The translations under genes and the position numbers were made by a program. The notes under the pieces were generated by a model. That model made no database searches and was not told the origin of the DNA. It saw only the letters and a list, made by a program, of their open reading frames with translations. Below, one piece after another: positions 1 to 15,263 of a DNA stretch of 64,000 nt (position 1 is its first letter; every line of letters starts with the position of its first letter). Origin of the DNA: Eledone cirrhosa (lineage: Eukaryota); assembly GCA_964016885.1 (NCBI GenBank), contig OZ024741.1, forward strand, positions 15,438,001-15,502,000, given 5' to 3'.

Positions 1-3000
1 CATCAAAACACAGCAATTGCAACAGCAACAACAATAACTGCAACAATAGCATCAATAACACAGCAATTGCAACAGCAGCAACAACAACTGCAACAGCAGC
101 ATCAATAATACAACAATTGCAACAGCAGCAACAACAACAACTGAAACAGTAGCATCAATAACACAGCAATTGCAACAGCAGCAACAACAACTGCAACAGT
201 AGCATCAATAACACAGCAATTGCAACAGCAACAACAACAACTGCAACAGTAGCATCAATAACACAGCAATTGCAACAGCAGCCACAACAACAACTGCAAC
301 AGTAGCATCAATAACACAACAATTGCAACAGCAGCAACAACAACAACTGCAACAGTAGCATCAATAACAAAGCAATTGCAACAGCAGCAGCAACAACAAC
401 TGCAACAGTAGCATCAATAACACAGCAATTGCAACAGCAGCCACAACAACAACTGCAACAGTAGCATCAATATCACAGCAATTGCAACAGCAGCAGCAAC
501 AACAACTGCAACAGTAGCATCAATAACACAGCAATTGCAACAGCAGCAACAACAACAACTGCAACAGTAGCATCAATAACACAGCAATTGCAACAGCAGC
601 AGCAACAACAACTGCAACAGTAGCATCAATAACACAGCAATTGCAACAGCAGCAACAACAACAACTGCAACAGTAGCATCAATAACACAGCAATTGCAAC
701 AGCAGCAACAACAACAACTGCAACAGTAGCATCAATAACACAGAAATTGCAACAGCAGCCACAACAACAACTGCAACAGTAGCATCAATATCACAGCAAT
801 TGCAACAGCAGCAACAACAACAACTGCAACAGTAGCATCAATATCACAGCAATTGCAACAGCAGCAACAACAATAACGGAAACAGTAGCATCAATAACAC
901 AGCAATTGCAACAGCAGCAGCAACAACAACTGCAACAGAAACATCAATAACACAGCAATTGCACAGCAGCAACAACATCTGCAACAGTAGCATCAATAAC
1001 ACAGCAATTGCAACAGCAGCAACAACAACAACTGAAACAGTAGCATCAATAACGCAGCAATTGCAACAGCAGCAACAACATCTGCAACAGTAGCATCAAT
1101 AACACAGCAATTGCAACAGCAGCAACAACAACAACTGCAGCAGTAGCATCAATAACACAGCAATTGCAACTGCAGAAACAACAACAACTGCAACAGTTGC
1201 ATCAATAACACAGCAATTGCAACAGCAGCAACAACAACAACTGCAGCAGTAGCATCAATAACACAGCAATTGCAACTGCAGAAACAACAACAACTGCAAC
1301 AGTTGCATCAATAACACAGCAATTGCAACAGCAGCAACAACAACAACTGCAGCAGTAGCATCAATAACACAGCAATTGCAACAGCAGCAACAACAACATC
1401 TGCAACAGTAGCATCAATAACACAGCAATTGCAACAGCAGCAACAACAACAACTGCAGCAGTAGCATCAATAACACAGCAATTGCAACTGCAGAAACAAC
1501 AACAACTGCAACAGTAGCATCAATAACACAGCAATTGCAACAGCAGCAACAACAACAACTGCAGCAGTAGCATCAATAACACAGCAATTGCAACTGCAGA
1601 AACAACAACAACTGCAACAGTTGCATCAATAACACAGCAATTGCAACAGCAGCAACAACAACAACTGCAGCAGTAGCATCAATAACACAGCAATTGCAAC
1701 TGCAGAAACAACAACAACTGCAACAGTAGCATCAATAACACAGCAATTGCAACAGCAGCAGCAACAACAACTGCAACAGTAGCTTCAATAACACAGCAAT
1801 TGCAACAGCAGCAACAACAACAACTGCAACAGTAGCATCAATAACACAGCAATTGCAACAGCAACAACAACACCAACTGCAACAGTAGCATCAATAACAC
1901 AGCAATTGCAACAGCAGCAACAACAACTGCAACAGCAGCATCAATAACACAGCAATTGCAACAGCAGCAACAACAACTGCAACAGCAGCATCAATAACAC
2001 AGCAATTGCAACAGCAGCAACAACAATAATTGCAACAGTAGCATCAATAACACAGCAATTGCAACAGCAGCAACAACAACTGCATCAGTAGCATCAATAA
2101 CACAGCAATTGCAACAGCAGCAACAACAACAACTGAAACAGTAGCATCAATAACACAGCAACTGCAACAGCAGCAACAACAACAACTGAAACAGTAGCAT
2201 CAATAACACAGCAATTGCAACAGCAGCAACAACAACAACTGAAACAGTAGCATCAATATCACAGCAATTGCAACAGCAGCAACAACAACTGCAACAGCAG
2301 CATCAATAACACAACAATTGCAACAGCAGCAACAACAACAACTGAAACAGTAGCATCAATAACACAGCAATTGCAACAGCAGCAACAACAACTGCAACAG
2401 CAGCATCAATAACACAGCAATTGCAACAGCAGCAACAACAATAATTGCAACAATAGCATCAATAACACAGCAATTGCAACAGCAGCAACAACAACTGCAA
2501 CAGCAGCATCAATAACACAACAATTGCAACAGCAGCAACAACAACAACTGAAACAGTAGCATCAATAACACAGCAATTGCAACAGCAGCAACAACAACAA
2601 CTGCAACAGTAGCATCAATAACAGGGCAATTGCAACAGCAGCAACAACAACAACCGCAACAGTAGCATCAATAACAGAGCAATTGCAACAGCAGCAACAA
2701 CACCAACTGCAACAGTAGCAACAATAACACAGCAATTGCAACAGCAACAACAACAACTGCAACAGTAGCATCAATAACACAGCAATTGCAACAGCAGCAA
2801 CAACAACAACTGCAACAGAAGCATCAATATCACAGCAATTGCAACAGCAGCAACAACAATAACTGCAACAGAAGCATCAATAACACAGCAATTGCAACAG
2901 CAGCAGCAACAACAACTGCAACAGTAGCATCAATAACAAAGCAATGGCAACAGCAGCAACAACAACAACTGCAACAGTAGCATCAATAACACAGCAATTG

Positions 3001-4488
3001 CAACAGCAGCAGCAACAACAACTGCAACAGTAGCATCAATAATAAAGCAATTGCAACAGCAGCAACAACAACAACTGCAACAGTAGCATCAATAACAAAG
3101 CAATTGCAACAGCAGCAACAACAACAACTGCAACAGTAGCATCAATAACACAGCAATTGCAACAGCAGCAGCAACAACAACTGCAACAGTAGCATCAATA
3201 ACAAAGCAATTGCAACAGCAGCAACAACAACAACTGCAACAGTAGCATCAATAACACAGCAATTGCAACAGCAGCAGCAACAACAACTGCAACAGTAGCA
3301 TCAATAACAAAGCAATTGCAACAGCAGCAACAACAACAACTGCAACAGTTGCATCAATAACACAGCAATTGCAACAGCAGCAGCAACAACAACTGCAACA
3401 GTAGCATCAATAATACAGCAATTGCAACAGCAGCAACAACAACAACTGCAACAGTAGCATCAATAACACAGCAATTGCAACAGCAGCAGCAACAACAACT
3501 GCAACAGTAGCATCAATAACAAAGCAATTGCAACAACAGCAACAACAACAACTGCAACAGTAGCATCAATAACACAGCAATTGCAACAGCAAGAACAACA
3601 ACTGCAACAGTAGCATCAATAACACAGCAATTGCAACAGCAGCAACAACAACAACTGCAAGAGTAGCATCAATAACACAGCAATTGCAACAGCAGCAACA
3701 ACTACAACTGCAACAGTAGCATCAATAACACAGCAATTGCAACAGCAGCAACAACAACAACTGCAACAGTATCATCGATAACACAGCAATTGCAACAGCA
3801 GCAACAACAACAACTGCAACAGTATCATCAATAACACATCAATTGCAACAGCAGCAACAACAACTGCAACAGTAGCATCAATAACACAGCAATTTCAACA
3901 GCAACAACAACAACTGCAACAGTAGCATCAATAACACAGCAATTGCAACAGCAGAAACAACAACAACTGCAACAGTTGCATCAATAACACGGCAATTGCA
4001 ACAGCAGCAACAACAACTGCAACAGTAGCATCAATAACACAGCAATTGCAACAGCAACAACAATAACTGCAACAGTAGCATCAATAACACAGCAATTGCA
4101 ACAGCAGCAACAACAACTGCAACAGCAGCATCAATAACACAACAATTGCAACAGCAGCAACAACAACAACTGAAACAGTAGCATCAATAACACAGCAATT
4201 GCAACAGCAGCAACAACAACTGCAACAGTAGCATCAATAACACAGCAATTGCAACAGCAACAACAACAACTGCAACAGTAGCATCAATAACACAGCAATT
4301 GCAACAGCAGCAACAACAACAACTGCAACAGTAGCATCAATATCACAGCAATTGCAACAGCAGCAGCAACAACAACTGCAACAGTAGCATCAATAACACA
4401 GCAATTGCAACAGCAGTAACAACAACAACTGCAACAGTAGCATCAATAACACAGCAATTGCAACAGCAGCAACAACAACAACTGCAAC
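1..4488. repeat. Tandem satellite, 53-bp unit (50-bp variants), roughly 85 copies, runs off the window start
   Basis: Unit GCATCAATAACACAGCAATTGCAACAGCAGCAACAACAACAACTGCAACAGTA; length varies by one CAA. Confidence 0.97.
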
Positions 4489-4622
4489 TATACAACCAGT
4501 AACTGAAATAGACGCAATAGAAACATTTAAATCCTTCCATTGTTGTTCTTGTTAGTAAAACCTATGTAGTATTTCGTGTTGGCCCTTTATATATATATAA
4601 CTGAATATACGCAAAAATGGGT

Positions 4623-4693
4623 CGCGTGTTGGTGTAATGGTAACACATTGGTCCGGCAAACCAAAGACTTGGGTTCGTGTCCCATGTACGTCA
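4623..4693 (+). pseudogene. tRNA-like sequence (tRNA pseudogene or SINE head), apparent anticodon GGC
   Basis: D arm GTGT-AATGGTA-ACAC, anticodon arm TTGGT-CCGGCAA-ACCAA, T arm TGGG-TTCGTGT-CCCA; acceptor stem is degenerate; T6 run at about 4704-4709. Confidence 0.6.
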
Positions 4694-5066
4694 ATACTCG
4701 TTCTTTTTTCCATTCAGAGGGTTTGTGAATATCCCAACTAACAGACTAATTCTATTTAGTTAAATACGGCGTAAGCACATGTTACTACCTAATTTTCAGA
4801 TTCCCTAGCGGTTTGTAAACAAAGCCTGTATATATCAGCATTAAGCCAGTATTAAACTAATTAGACCATTATTCAACAGAGTACACGATACACATACATA
4901 CACGGATACACAGAAACACACATTTATACACAAATGCTTATATATACGTGTCCGAAACCTTAAGTCTCTCTTCCTGCCATTTCAAGCGCTAAACTAATAT
5001 ATTTCTTCCATGTACTGTGTCGCTTGCTTTATTATTTGTTTACTTTTTACACACACACACACACAG

Positions 5067-5119
<53 letters not shown>

Positions 5120-6039
5120 CCATCACTGCATCACCAAGGAACCAATACTTAAACTATCTCATCCAAAATATTGAATACGTAAGCAAACGAAAAGAACCTC
5201 GATGATAAATCCAGTCACATGAGAAAAGTTTGTCAGAAGAATCTGCAATTATCAAACGTTTGAAAGCGTACACAGATTTCAAATTGACATTATGCACGTG
5301 ATCAGGAAGGTGAGAATTAAACATAGAAATGGCTTCCAATAGAAAATATATTTAGAATCACATCACGAAGAATTTAAGAATAAAGCTTTCATGTTTGTAG
5401 ACAAATAAGAAAAAATAAATGGCGAATTCATTGTAATGAGACAAAATATTGCTAAAAGATATAGACAGTAAAATTAGAACTGTGAAAATATTTCTACAAT
5501 TAAATAACTGCATTTATCAATTCCAACAACAACGCCATCTGCTTCAGTGACTTCACAATAAAAACGCGTGCAAATTCAAACTGCTGAAACCTGTAGATCA
5601 AAAGCCCTTCCCATTAACATCACTGAACTATGCGAAATTATTTACCACTATCATAAACCAGAATATCTAAAAAATTAGCATTATAATTCGTTCTAAAATC
5701 TCCCTTCTTTTCTAAGATAAATTACTTTGAGTGAAGAAGGGAAAGCAATAGTATTCTGATGTAAGCATGGGATCTATGAAAGAACGGAAACAAGAATTAG
5801 TTAGACTATAGGTATTAGAGAGACAAAATAAAATATCAGAAAAAAATCTTGAAAATGACTCTACAGAGACGATGGTCTGGTAAACTTCTAAATCATAGAG
5901 GGGCCCAAATAATAGAGGGACGAATTAAATATAAATACCTTCAAGCTGCTTTAAGATTGAAATAACGACCCAAGCAAACCTCCTCATTGTGAGATTTAAC
6001 AATAAATATTATCACAGAAAATATTACACTTATAAATAA

Positions 6040-6168
6040 TAATTGTTTCTACTTTTGTCACAAGGCCAGCAATTATCCAGTACATTACTGGTACTTTATT
6101 TCATCGACCCCGTAAGGATGAAAGGCAAAGTTATCCTCAATGGGATTTGAACTCAGAACGTAAAGGAT
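6040..6168 (-). mobile_element. tRNA-derived SINE (family S1), 5'-truncated
   Basis: Reverse complement of the 3' part of the full copy at 27883-28067. Confidence 0.85.
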
Positions 6169-6264
6169 ACTGCCCCAAAAAGATAATGAAATGCGTCTAC
6201 AGCTAAACAGCCCACTTTATGTAATTTTCAAATATCAGCAAAACAAGCCAGAGAATTTCCACAA

Positions 6265-6815
6265 TATCAGACGACGATATCACACGATATCACACAATAT
6301 CACACGATATCACACAATATCAAACGATATCACACAATATCACACGACAAACACAATAACACACGACAAACACAATATCACACGACAAACACATTACACG
6401 ACATATGCAATATGACAGGATAACACACAATATCACACGATATCACACAATAACACACGACAAACACAATATCACACGACAAATACAATATCACATGATA
6501 TCACACGATATCACACGATATCACACAATATCACACGATATCACACAATATCACACGACAAACACAATATCTCACGATGTCACACAATATCACACGACAA
6601 ACACAATATCACACCACAAACACAATATCACACGATATCACACAATATCACACGACAAACACAATATCACACGACAACACAATATCACACGATATCACAC
6701 AATATAAGACGACAAACAATATCACAGGACAAACACAATATCACACGACAAACACAATATCACACGATATCACACAATATCACACGATATCACACAATAT
6801 CACACGATATCACAC
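6265..6815. repeat. Minisatellite of about 10-bp units (CACACGATAT / CACACAATAT / CACACGACAAA)
   Basis: Direct inspection. Confidence 0.9.
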
Positions 6816-6878
6816 AAACACCAAGAATAATAGATATACACAAAAATAGAATATAACAGAGATCTCCGTTCTTAATGA

Positions 6879-7860
<982 letters not shown>

Positions 7861-9032
7861 AACAATTAGAAGACCCCTTAACCCTGATAATGTACTCCCG
7901 CTACGTTGATGATATAAACATCGTAGTTAAGACACCCCCATTAGACAACAGTCAGGAACTAGAGAAAAACACAATGAAAAGCATCCAGCAAATAGCTAAC
8001 TCCATCCACCAGAGCATTAGAGTTACTATAGACTACCCAAGTAAACATCCCAACCATCGATTACCTGTACTAGACACAGAGCTCTGGTTAGATACCATTA
8101 ATAACAAAAAACAAATCCTCCATTCCCATTATGCCAAACCCATGACTTCCAAACATCTGATCCACCGAAACTCGGCCGTTTCGGACCATACCAAAATCAA
8201 CATACTGATTGCGGATTTGGTACGGGTGATGAGAAACGTGTCCAGCATGTGCAACCCCGAAGAACTAGAGAGACACATACAACACTTCATCCACCGTATG
8301 CAGTTCTCTGGCTACAATCAGAGAGATAAAATCAGAGTGTATAGAGGAGCCAGAACCAAATGGCAAAAAATGGTAAATAATGACATAAATTGGACCTGCC
8401 CCTTGTATAGGAGCAAATTTTGGAATAGAATAGAAAGAACTAGGAACAAGGCTAATAGAATAAACTCATGGTATGATAGCAATAAATACCCGAGTGTAAT
8501 GTTCATCGATACAACCCCTAGAGGTGAATTAGCTTACAAATTTAGAAGGGGCCTAAATAAACATAAACTCAATATTAAGATAGTAAAAAGACCAGGTACC
8601 TCCGTAAAAACACTTATTAGCAAGACATACCCTTTTCAAAGACCCTCATGTATAGATAAGAAATGTATAACCTGTAAAATAAGCCCCCATATTAACTGTA
8701 AAACTAGAAATGTAGTGTATAGCATAAGATGTACTGAAGGACAATGTAGAGACAAAAATATAGTGTACATAGGTGAGACAGCTCGTAGTGTAGGGGAACG
8801 GATAAATGAACACTGGCGAGACCTTCAAGATAGTAAAGAATCATCCGTACTCTACCAACATGCTAAAATAGAACACAAGGGTAAATTAGAGGACATAGAA
8901 ATATAAATAGAATCTACACACAGAAAAGACGCAATGTTTAGACAAATTACAGAGGCAATAAACATAAAAGAATTACAACCAAAATTAAATAGAAAATATG
9001 AGTGGAACAGCAACATCACAACTTACAATTAA
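7861..9032 (+). pseudogene. PLE reverse transcriptase C-terminal half plus GIY-YIG endonuclease, one in-frame stop at 8904-8906
   Basis: RYVDD, LPVLD, Cys-rich linker CIDKKCITC, NVVYSIRC...VYIGETAR...RINEH; frame continues past the stop as RQITEAINIKELQPKLNRKYEW. Confidence 0.9.
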
Positions 9033-9226
9033 GGACAAAATGAAAACACACATAGAACAAACAACCAACCAGTAACATGTAAATAAACAAATAAATAAAT
9101 GAACATAAACACACACAGACACCCGGATGTGGCGCATGCGCAGACTAAGCACACAACACACACACAGAAACAAAATGGCGTAGGACAGAACAGAGGAGAG
9201 GACAGAAACAAAGAAAGGAATCCCCA

Positions 9227-9269
9227 GTCACTGAAGAGGTCACAGAGTGTGTGACAAAAGAACTATGAC
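9227..9269 (+). ncRNA. Hammerhead ribozyme of PLE1, mutated (GAAA to AAAA)
   Basis: GTCA-CTGAAGA-G-GTCACA/TGTGAC-AAAA-GAACTA-TGAC; intact version at 23396-23438. Confidence 0.65.
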
Positions 9270-9501
9270 AATATATAAACAACTATCTGGTTGTGGAACC
9301 AATCAACCAACCAGAAATTTATAAATTTATTATAATAATAAATTGAAGTGAAAGCAACTGGTGCGTGTGTTTCTTATTGGCAACATGACCCTCCCAAAGT
9401 ATAACAATATCGGTTTCAACACACGATTTCAGATAAAGAATCTTGCTAAACAAATTCAGAAACGAAATATATATATATATGTATGTATATATATATGTAT
9501 G

Positions 9502-9606
<105 letters not shown>

Positions 9607-9671
9607 ATGTATGTATGTATATATATATATATGTATTTATGTATGTATGTATGTATATGTATGTATGTATG

Positions 9672-9730
<59 letters not shown>

Positions 9731-9977
9731 GTAAGTATGCATGTATACGTACATACATATATGTATACAGACGTACAGTAGCATGCATATATATATATAT
9801 ATATATACATATATACATACATATGCATACAGGTACACATACATATATGCACGTATCAGTTTAGCGGCGCTTATTATAACGTCGCTTTGTTCGTTTGTAA
9901 ACAAACTGAACAGCCTGAATTTATGCCATACGGTGTTAAGGCAACCACGTCACCTTTTTGTTCAACACTGACACAGG

Positions 9978-10022
9978 AACGATGTACTAGTTTCAAGCTT
10001 GTTAGCTATCATCAGCACCGTT
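9978..10022 (-). ncRNA. Type-I hammerhead ribozyme (inverted unit)
   Basis: Exact reverse complement of 10268-10312. Confidence 0.85.
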
Positions 10023-10267
10023 TACCCATCTGCCAGATAGTTGAACGTTCGAAAGTATATACTTTCCTTATGAAAATTAACGGCTGAGCAGCCTAATTTG
10101 CATATTGAGTGAGTTAAATCGGTCAGGCATACCGAAAACGATAAATTGAAACAAAATGAAAACGAAATTTCATTTCTCACTCTTAGTATGGCACTTACTT
10201 GTTAAGCCGTTAATTTTCATAAGGAAAGTATATACTTTCGAACGTTCAACTATCTGGCAGATGGGTA

Positions 10268-10312
10268 AACGGTGCTGATGATAGCTAACAAGCTTGAAAC
10301 TAGTACATCGTT
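10268..10312 (+). ncRNA. Type-I minimal hammerhead ribozyme, predicted cleavage after GUA (10305)
   Basis: AACGGTG-CTGATGA-TAGC taacaa GCTT-GAAA-CTAGTA-CATCGTT: 7-bp helix I, palindromic helix III ACTAGT. Confidence 0.88.
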
Positions 10313-10742
10313 CCTGTGTCAGTGTTGAACAAAAAGGTGACGTGGTTGCCTTAACACCGTATGGCATAAATTCAGGCTGTTCAGTTTGTTTACAAACGAA
10401 CAAAGCGACGTTATAATAAGCGCCGCTAAACTGATACGTGCTATATGTATGTGTACCTGTATGCATATGTATGTATATATGTATATATATATATATATAT
10501 ATATGCATGCTACTGTACGTCTGTATACATATATGTATGTACGTATACATGCATACTTACATTTAAGTAAGTGCCATACTAAGAGTGAGAAATGAAATTT
10601 CGTTTTCATTTTGTTTCAATTTATCGTTTTCGGTATGCCTGACCGATTTAACTCACTCAATATGCAAATTAGGCTGCTCAGCCGTTAATTTTCATAAGGA
10701 AAGTATATACTTTCGAACGTTCAACTATCTGGCAGATGGGTA

Positions 10743-10787
10743 AACGGTGCTGATGATAGCTAACAAGCTTGAAACTAGTACATCGTT
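10743..10787 (+). ncRNA. Type-I minimal hammerhead ribozyme, predicted cleavage after 10780
   Basis: Identical to 10268-10312. Confidence 0.88.
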
Positions 10788-11214
10788 CCTGTGTCAGTGT
10801 TGAACAAAAAGGTGACGTGGTTGCCTTAACACCGTATGGCATAAATTCAGGCTGTTCAGTTTGTTTACAAACGAACAAAGCGACGTTATATTAAGCGCCG
10901 CTAAACTGATACGTGCATATATGTATGTGTACCTGTATGCATATGTATGTATATATGTATATATATATATATATATGCATGCTACTGTACGTCTGTATAC
11001 ATATATGTATGTACGTATACATGCATACTTACATTTAAGTAAGTGCCATACTAAGAGTGAGAAATGAAATTTCGTTTTCATTTTGTTTCAATTTGTCGTT
11101 TTCGGTATGCCTGACCGATTTAACTCACTCAATATGCAAATTAGGCTGCTCAGCCGTTAATTTTCATAAGGAAAGTATATACTTTCGAACGTTCAACTAT
11201 CTGGCAGATGGGTA

Positions 11215-11259
11215 AACGGTGCTGATGATAGCTAACAAGCTTGAAACTAGTACATCGTT
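11215..11259 (+). ncRNA. Type-I minimal hammerhead ribozyme, predicted cleavage after 11252
   Basis: Identical to 10268-10312. Confidence 0.88.
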
Positions 11260-11592
11260 CCTGTGTCAGTGTTGAACAAAAAGGTGACGTGGTTGCCTTA
11301 ACACCGTATGGCATAAATTCAGGCTGTTCAGTTTGTTTACAAACGAACAAAGCGACGTTATATTAAGCGCCGCTAAACTGATACGTGCATATATGTATGT
11401 GTACCTGTATGCATATGTATGTATATATGTATATATATATATATATATGCATGCTACTGTACGTCTGTATACATATATGTATGTACGTATACATGCATAC
11501 TTACATTTAAGTAAGTGCCATACTAAGAGTGAGAAATGAAATTTCGTTTTCATTTTGTTTCAATTTATATATATATATATATATATATATAT

Positions 11593-12107
11593 GACCTGAC
11601 ATATACCTATGTCAGGTCACCAGTTGGTGCTACTGGTAACATGTATCCCAGTACAACCTGTCTCATGGTCGAGTCGTTGGCGACTAAACTGGCAACCCCA
11701 CCAAGGTTTCTTGGTGAGGAGGGTGACTTTGGACATCCTGCAAGACTAAAAACAAAACCTGTCAAAGGGCAAAGGAGCTCTTAAGAGTCAATGGCCATCC
11801 AAAATCACCGGGAGAGATGACCCCTTAGCCTTTGTCAAGGCAGAATTCTAGGAGAAGGAAAACTATGATATAACACCTGCAACTCTGATGGTATCCAATA
11901 TCTGGAGATCTCTCTGCACTTGTCGCCACATGGTACCACGGGCCCAGCACTATGTGTCAATAATTGTCACAAGTGTAGTGTTTGTACCAGAGTTTTCAAG
12001 TCGCTGGCTGCACTAAAAAGTCACACTCGTTCAGCGCATCGGTAGGCGTTCTCCTACATGGATATAAAGTAGTGGCCGTACTCGAAAACGAGTTGGCAGC
12101 CACCACC
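11593..12107 (+). mobile_element. Bipartite non-autonomous RTE-derived element with a long 5' leader and an internal deletion
   Basis: 5' hairpin GACCTGACATA..TATGTCAGGTC; RTE-like UTR motif; 3' part encodes [24 protein letters not shown] (C2H2 finger as at RTE ORF ends); terminal hairpin ACTCGAAAACGAGT; (TATG)n tail. Confidence 0.75.
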
Positions 12108-12277
12108 ATGTATGTATGTATGTATTTATGTATGTATGTCTATCTATCTTTCTGTTTATTGTTCAACCTACCTGTCTACCAGCCTGTCTATTTACCTATC
12201 TACATATATCTATATATCTAACACTGTGACTCTCTATCTTTCTATCTCTCTATCTGTACATCGAAACATCTAATACA

Positions 12278-12279
<2 letters not shown>

Positions 12280-12336
<57 letters not shown>

Positions 12337-12676
12337 TCTCTTTCTCTCTCTCTCTCTCAGAATTCCAGTTTAATCGTCTGTTGTTTTTTTATATTCTCCG
12401 CTCAATTTCCTACCATTCCATTCTTCTCCCTTCTCTCCTTTCTCAATTACTCTCACTCTAATTCACTTTCTCTCCCTGTCTCTCTTCTTTACACTAATAC
12501 CCTTTCTCTCTCCCACCAGTCTCTCCTCCACCCTCCTCCGCCTCTTCCCCTACCCCGTCTATACTTCACATTCAATTACCATTTCCGTTATTCTATAATC
12601 CTCCATTATAACCATTTCCTCTCCTCCCCCGCCTCCCCTCATCTCTTCCCGCTCCCCACAGTTCTACTCAACCCTT

Positions 12677-12772
<96 letters not shown>

Positions 12773-13000
12773 TCTCTTCTACTCTATTCCTTCTCACGTT
12801 GAAATTTTCACAAAATACAAGATTATTTTCTCTCTCATCCTTCTGCGGTTTTTCATTCTAACTTAATCTCCACTGACCATCATTTAAGACACAACAGTCA
12901 CAACCACCACCCACACTTTCTCCCCTCCTCTCTCTCTGTCTGTCTACCACCTCCCCCACTCTCTTCTCTCACTGTCTCTCACCCTCACCTCTCTCTCAAT
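12280..13000. repeat. (CT)n and pyrimidine-rich low complexity
   Basis: Direct inspection. Confidence 0.85.
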
Positions 13001-13105
13001 CCGTCAAAATCTATATATCATCTCAATCACTGTTATTCTACGCATGCCCAAGCACACTAACATGATAAACTAGAGTTTATGCCTGATTAAGAAATCACTA
13101 TACAC

Positions 13106-13136
<31 letters not shown>

Positions 13137-13219
13137 ATTATATGCATACATACTTATATACACACTCATATATATATAATTTATATATATATAATTTCGG
13201 TCTCTTTTTTTGTGAGGTA

Positions 13220-13252
<33 letters not shown>

Positions 13253-13253
13253 C

Positions 13254-13344
<91 letters not shown>

Positions 13345-14213
13345 GCGCCGAAAAACTGTATTTCTGACGATTTGTGATTGTTATAGTGACTCTTGTAATG
13401 TTACATTACAGCTCTCCTCCAGTTCTCTCCAGTTCTCTGTCAATGTACTCTCTGTACCACCTTCAATACCCTACAATACTCTTCCAGAGTTATCTTAGGA
13501 CCTTTCCAGGGCTCTGCTGGAGCCCTCGCAATGTTATTCTGGGACTTTATCAGTTTCTCCACGCCACCGAAGTTATCCAAGTGAAAGGTAAAAGCCGTAT
13601 TTGGCATCAGTTCTACAGCTGAGTGAACTGGATCAACGTGAAATAAAGTGTTTTACAAAAGGACACAACGCGAGTTGAGTGAGAAAAGTACTGATCATGT
13701 TTCGCTGTGATCCGTCTTCTCTCTTCTTCTACCTATTTTGTTGCTATTTTCTTTCTCTCCCTTTCTCCATTTCACTTTCACTCACCCTTTCTTTGTAACC
13801 ACCTCATCGTTTCCCTCGCCTAACCCTCTAGCAGTCCTTTTCTCACTCACACTCGCAGGGGTCAGACGTGTCTTTTTGCTCGTCCGCACAATCTAGAACT
13901 TATGTTCATTAATCGTCGTGGGCTTGAATTTTCTCTCTTCCAGTTGTTCACACACTCTTCGATTTGTTGTTTCCCGTTTTTTCGCTTTGTTTCGCTGCTT
14001 TTCTCTTTTCTCTTTTCTCTTCTCTTCCCTTCTGTTATCCTATATTTTCTCCCCCCCCCCCTCCGTTGTTTTCCCAATAACTTACCTAGTTATTGAACGC
14101 ACTGGCGGTAGACATCATGTCTTTAATGCGTAGAAATATCCGAGACCCCCAGCAGACAACTGATGAGGAAAACTTGTTCCCCTCTTGCTTTCTTCTTATT
14201 CTTATTTTTAAGC

Positions 14214-14385
<172 letters not shown>

Positions 14386-14387
14386 GG

Positions 14388-14974
<587 letters not shown>

Positions 14975-14976
<2 letters not shown>

Positions 14977-15176
14977 AACCAGTAAGACCCCGACAGCTGA
15001 GCTCAAGCCGTTTCGACGGCTAATTCTGGACTAAATTTAGTCCAGAATTAGCCGTCGAAACGGCTTGAACTCAGCTGTCGGGGTCTTACTGGTTCCTATT
15101 ACCCACTCTACTACCTCAAGTATTGAGTACTTTGGTGCGTTATGGTCCACCTGGTTCCTTACCACATTTCCTTCGT

Positions 15177-15177
<1 letters not shown>
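14975..15177 (+). mobile_element. Palindromic 3'-end fragment of PLE2 (family A) in (TA)n
   Basis: Matches 27121-27262; other copies near 18240-18377, 22457-22588, 33438-33562, 35374-35565, 52059-52223, 52608-52771. Confidence 0.85.

Positions 15178-15263
<86 letters not shown>

Larger units (their letters stand above)
7861..9467 (+). mobile_element. Penelope-like element PLE1, 5'-truncated, ends in (TA)n
   Basis: RT plus GIY-YIG coding region followed by a 3' region repeated at 23097-23638. Confidence 0.9.
9726..11565 (+). mobile_element. Retrozyme-like array: one inverted unit (9726-10200) plus about 2.9 direct units of 472-475 bp (10205-11565), flanked by (TA)n
   Basis: Near-perfect 472-bp periodicity (also visible in the ORF track, 10678 vs 11150); one HHR per unit; no coding capacity. 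Confidence 0.85.

Noticed and set aside
1-4540. PolyQ / polyL ORFs
   Set aside because: The 53-bp unit is not a multiple of 3 and contains stops.
5154-5339. 61-aa ORF (MFNSHLPDHVHNV...AFKRLI) resembling a LINE ORF end
   Set aside because: Too short and degenerate to call.
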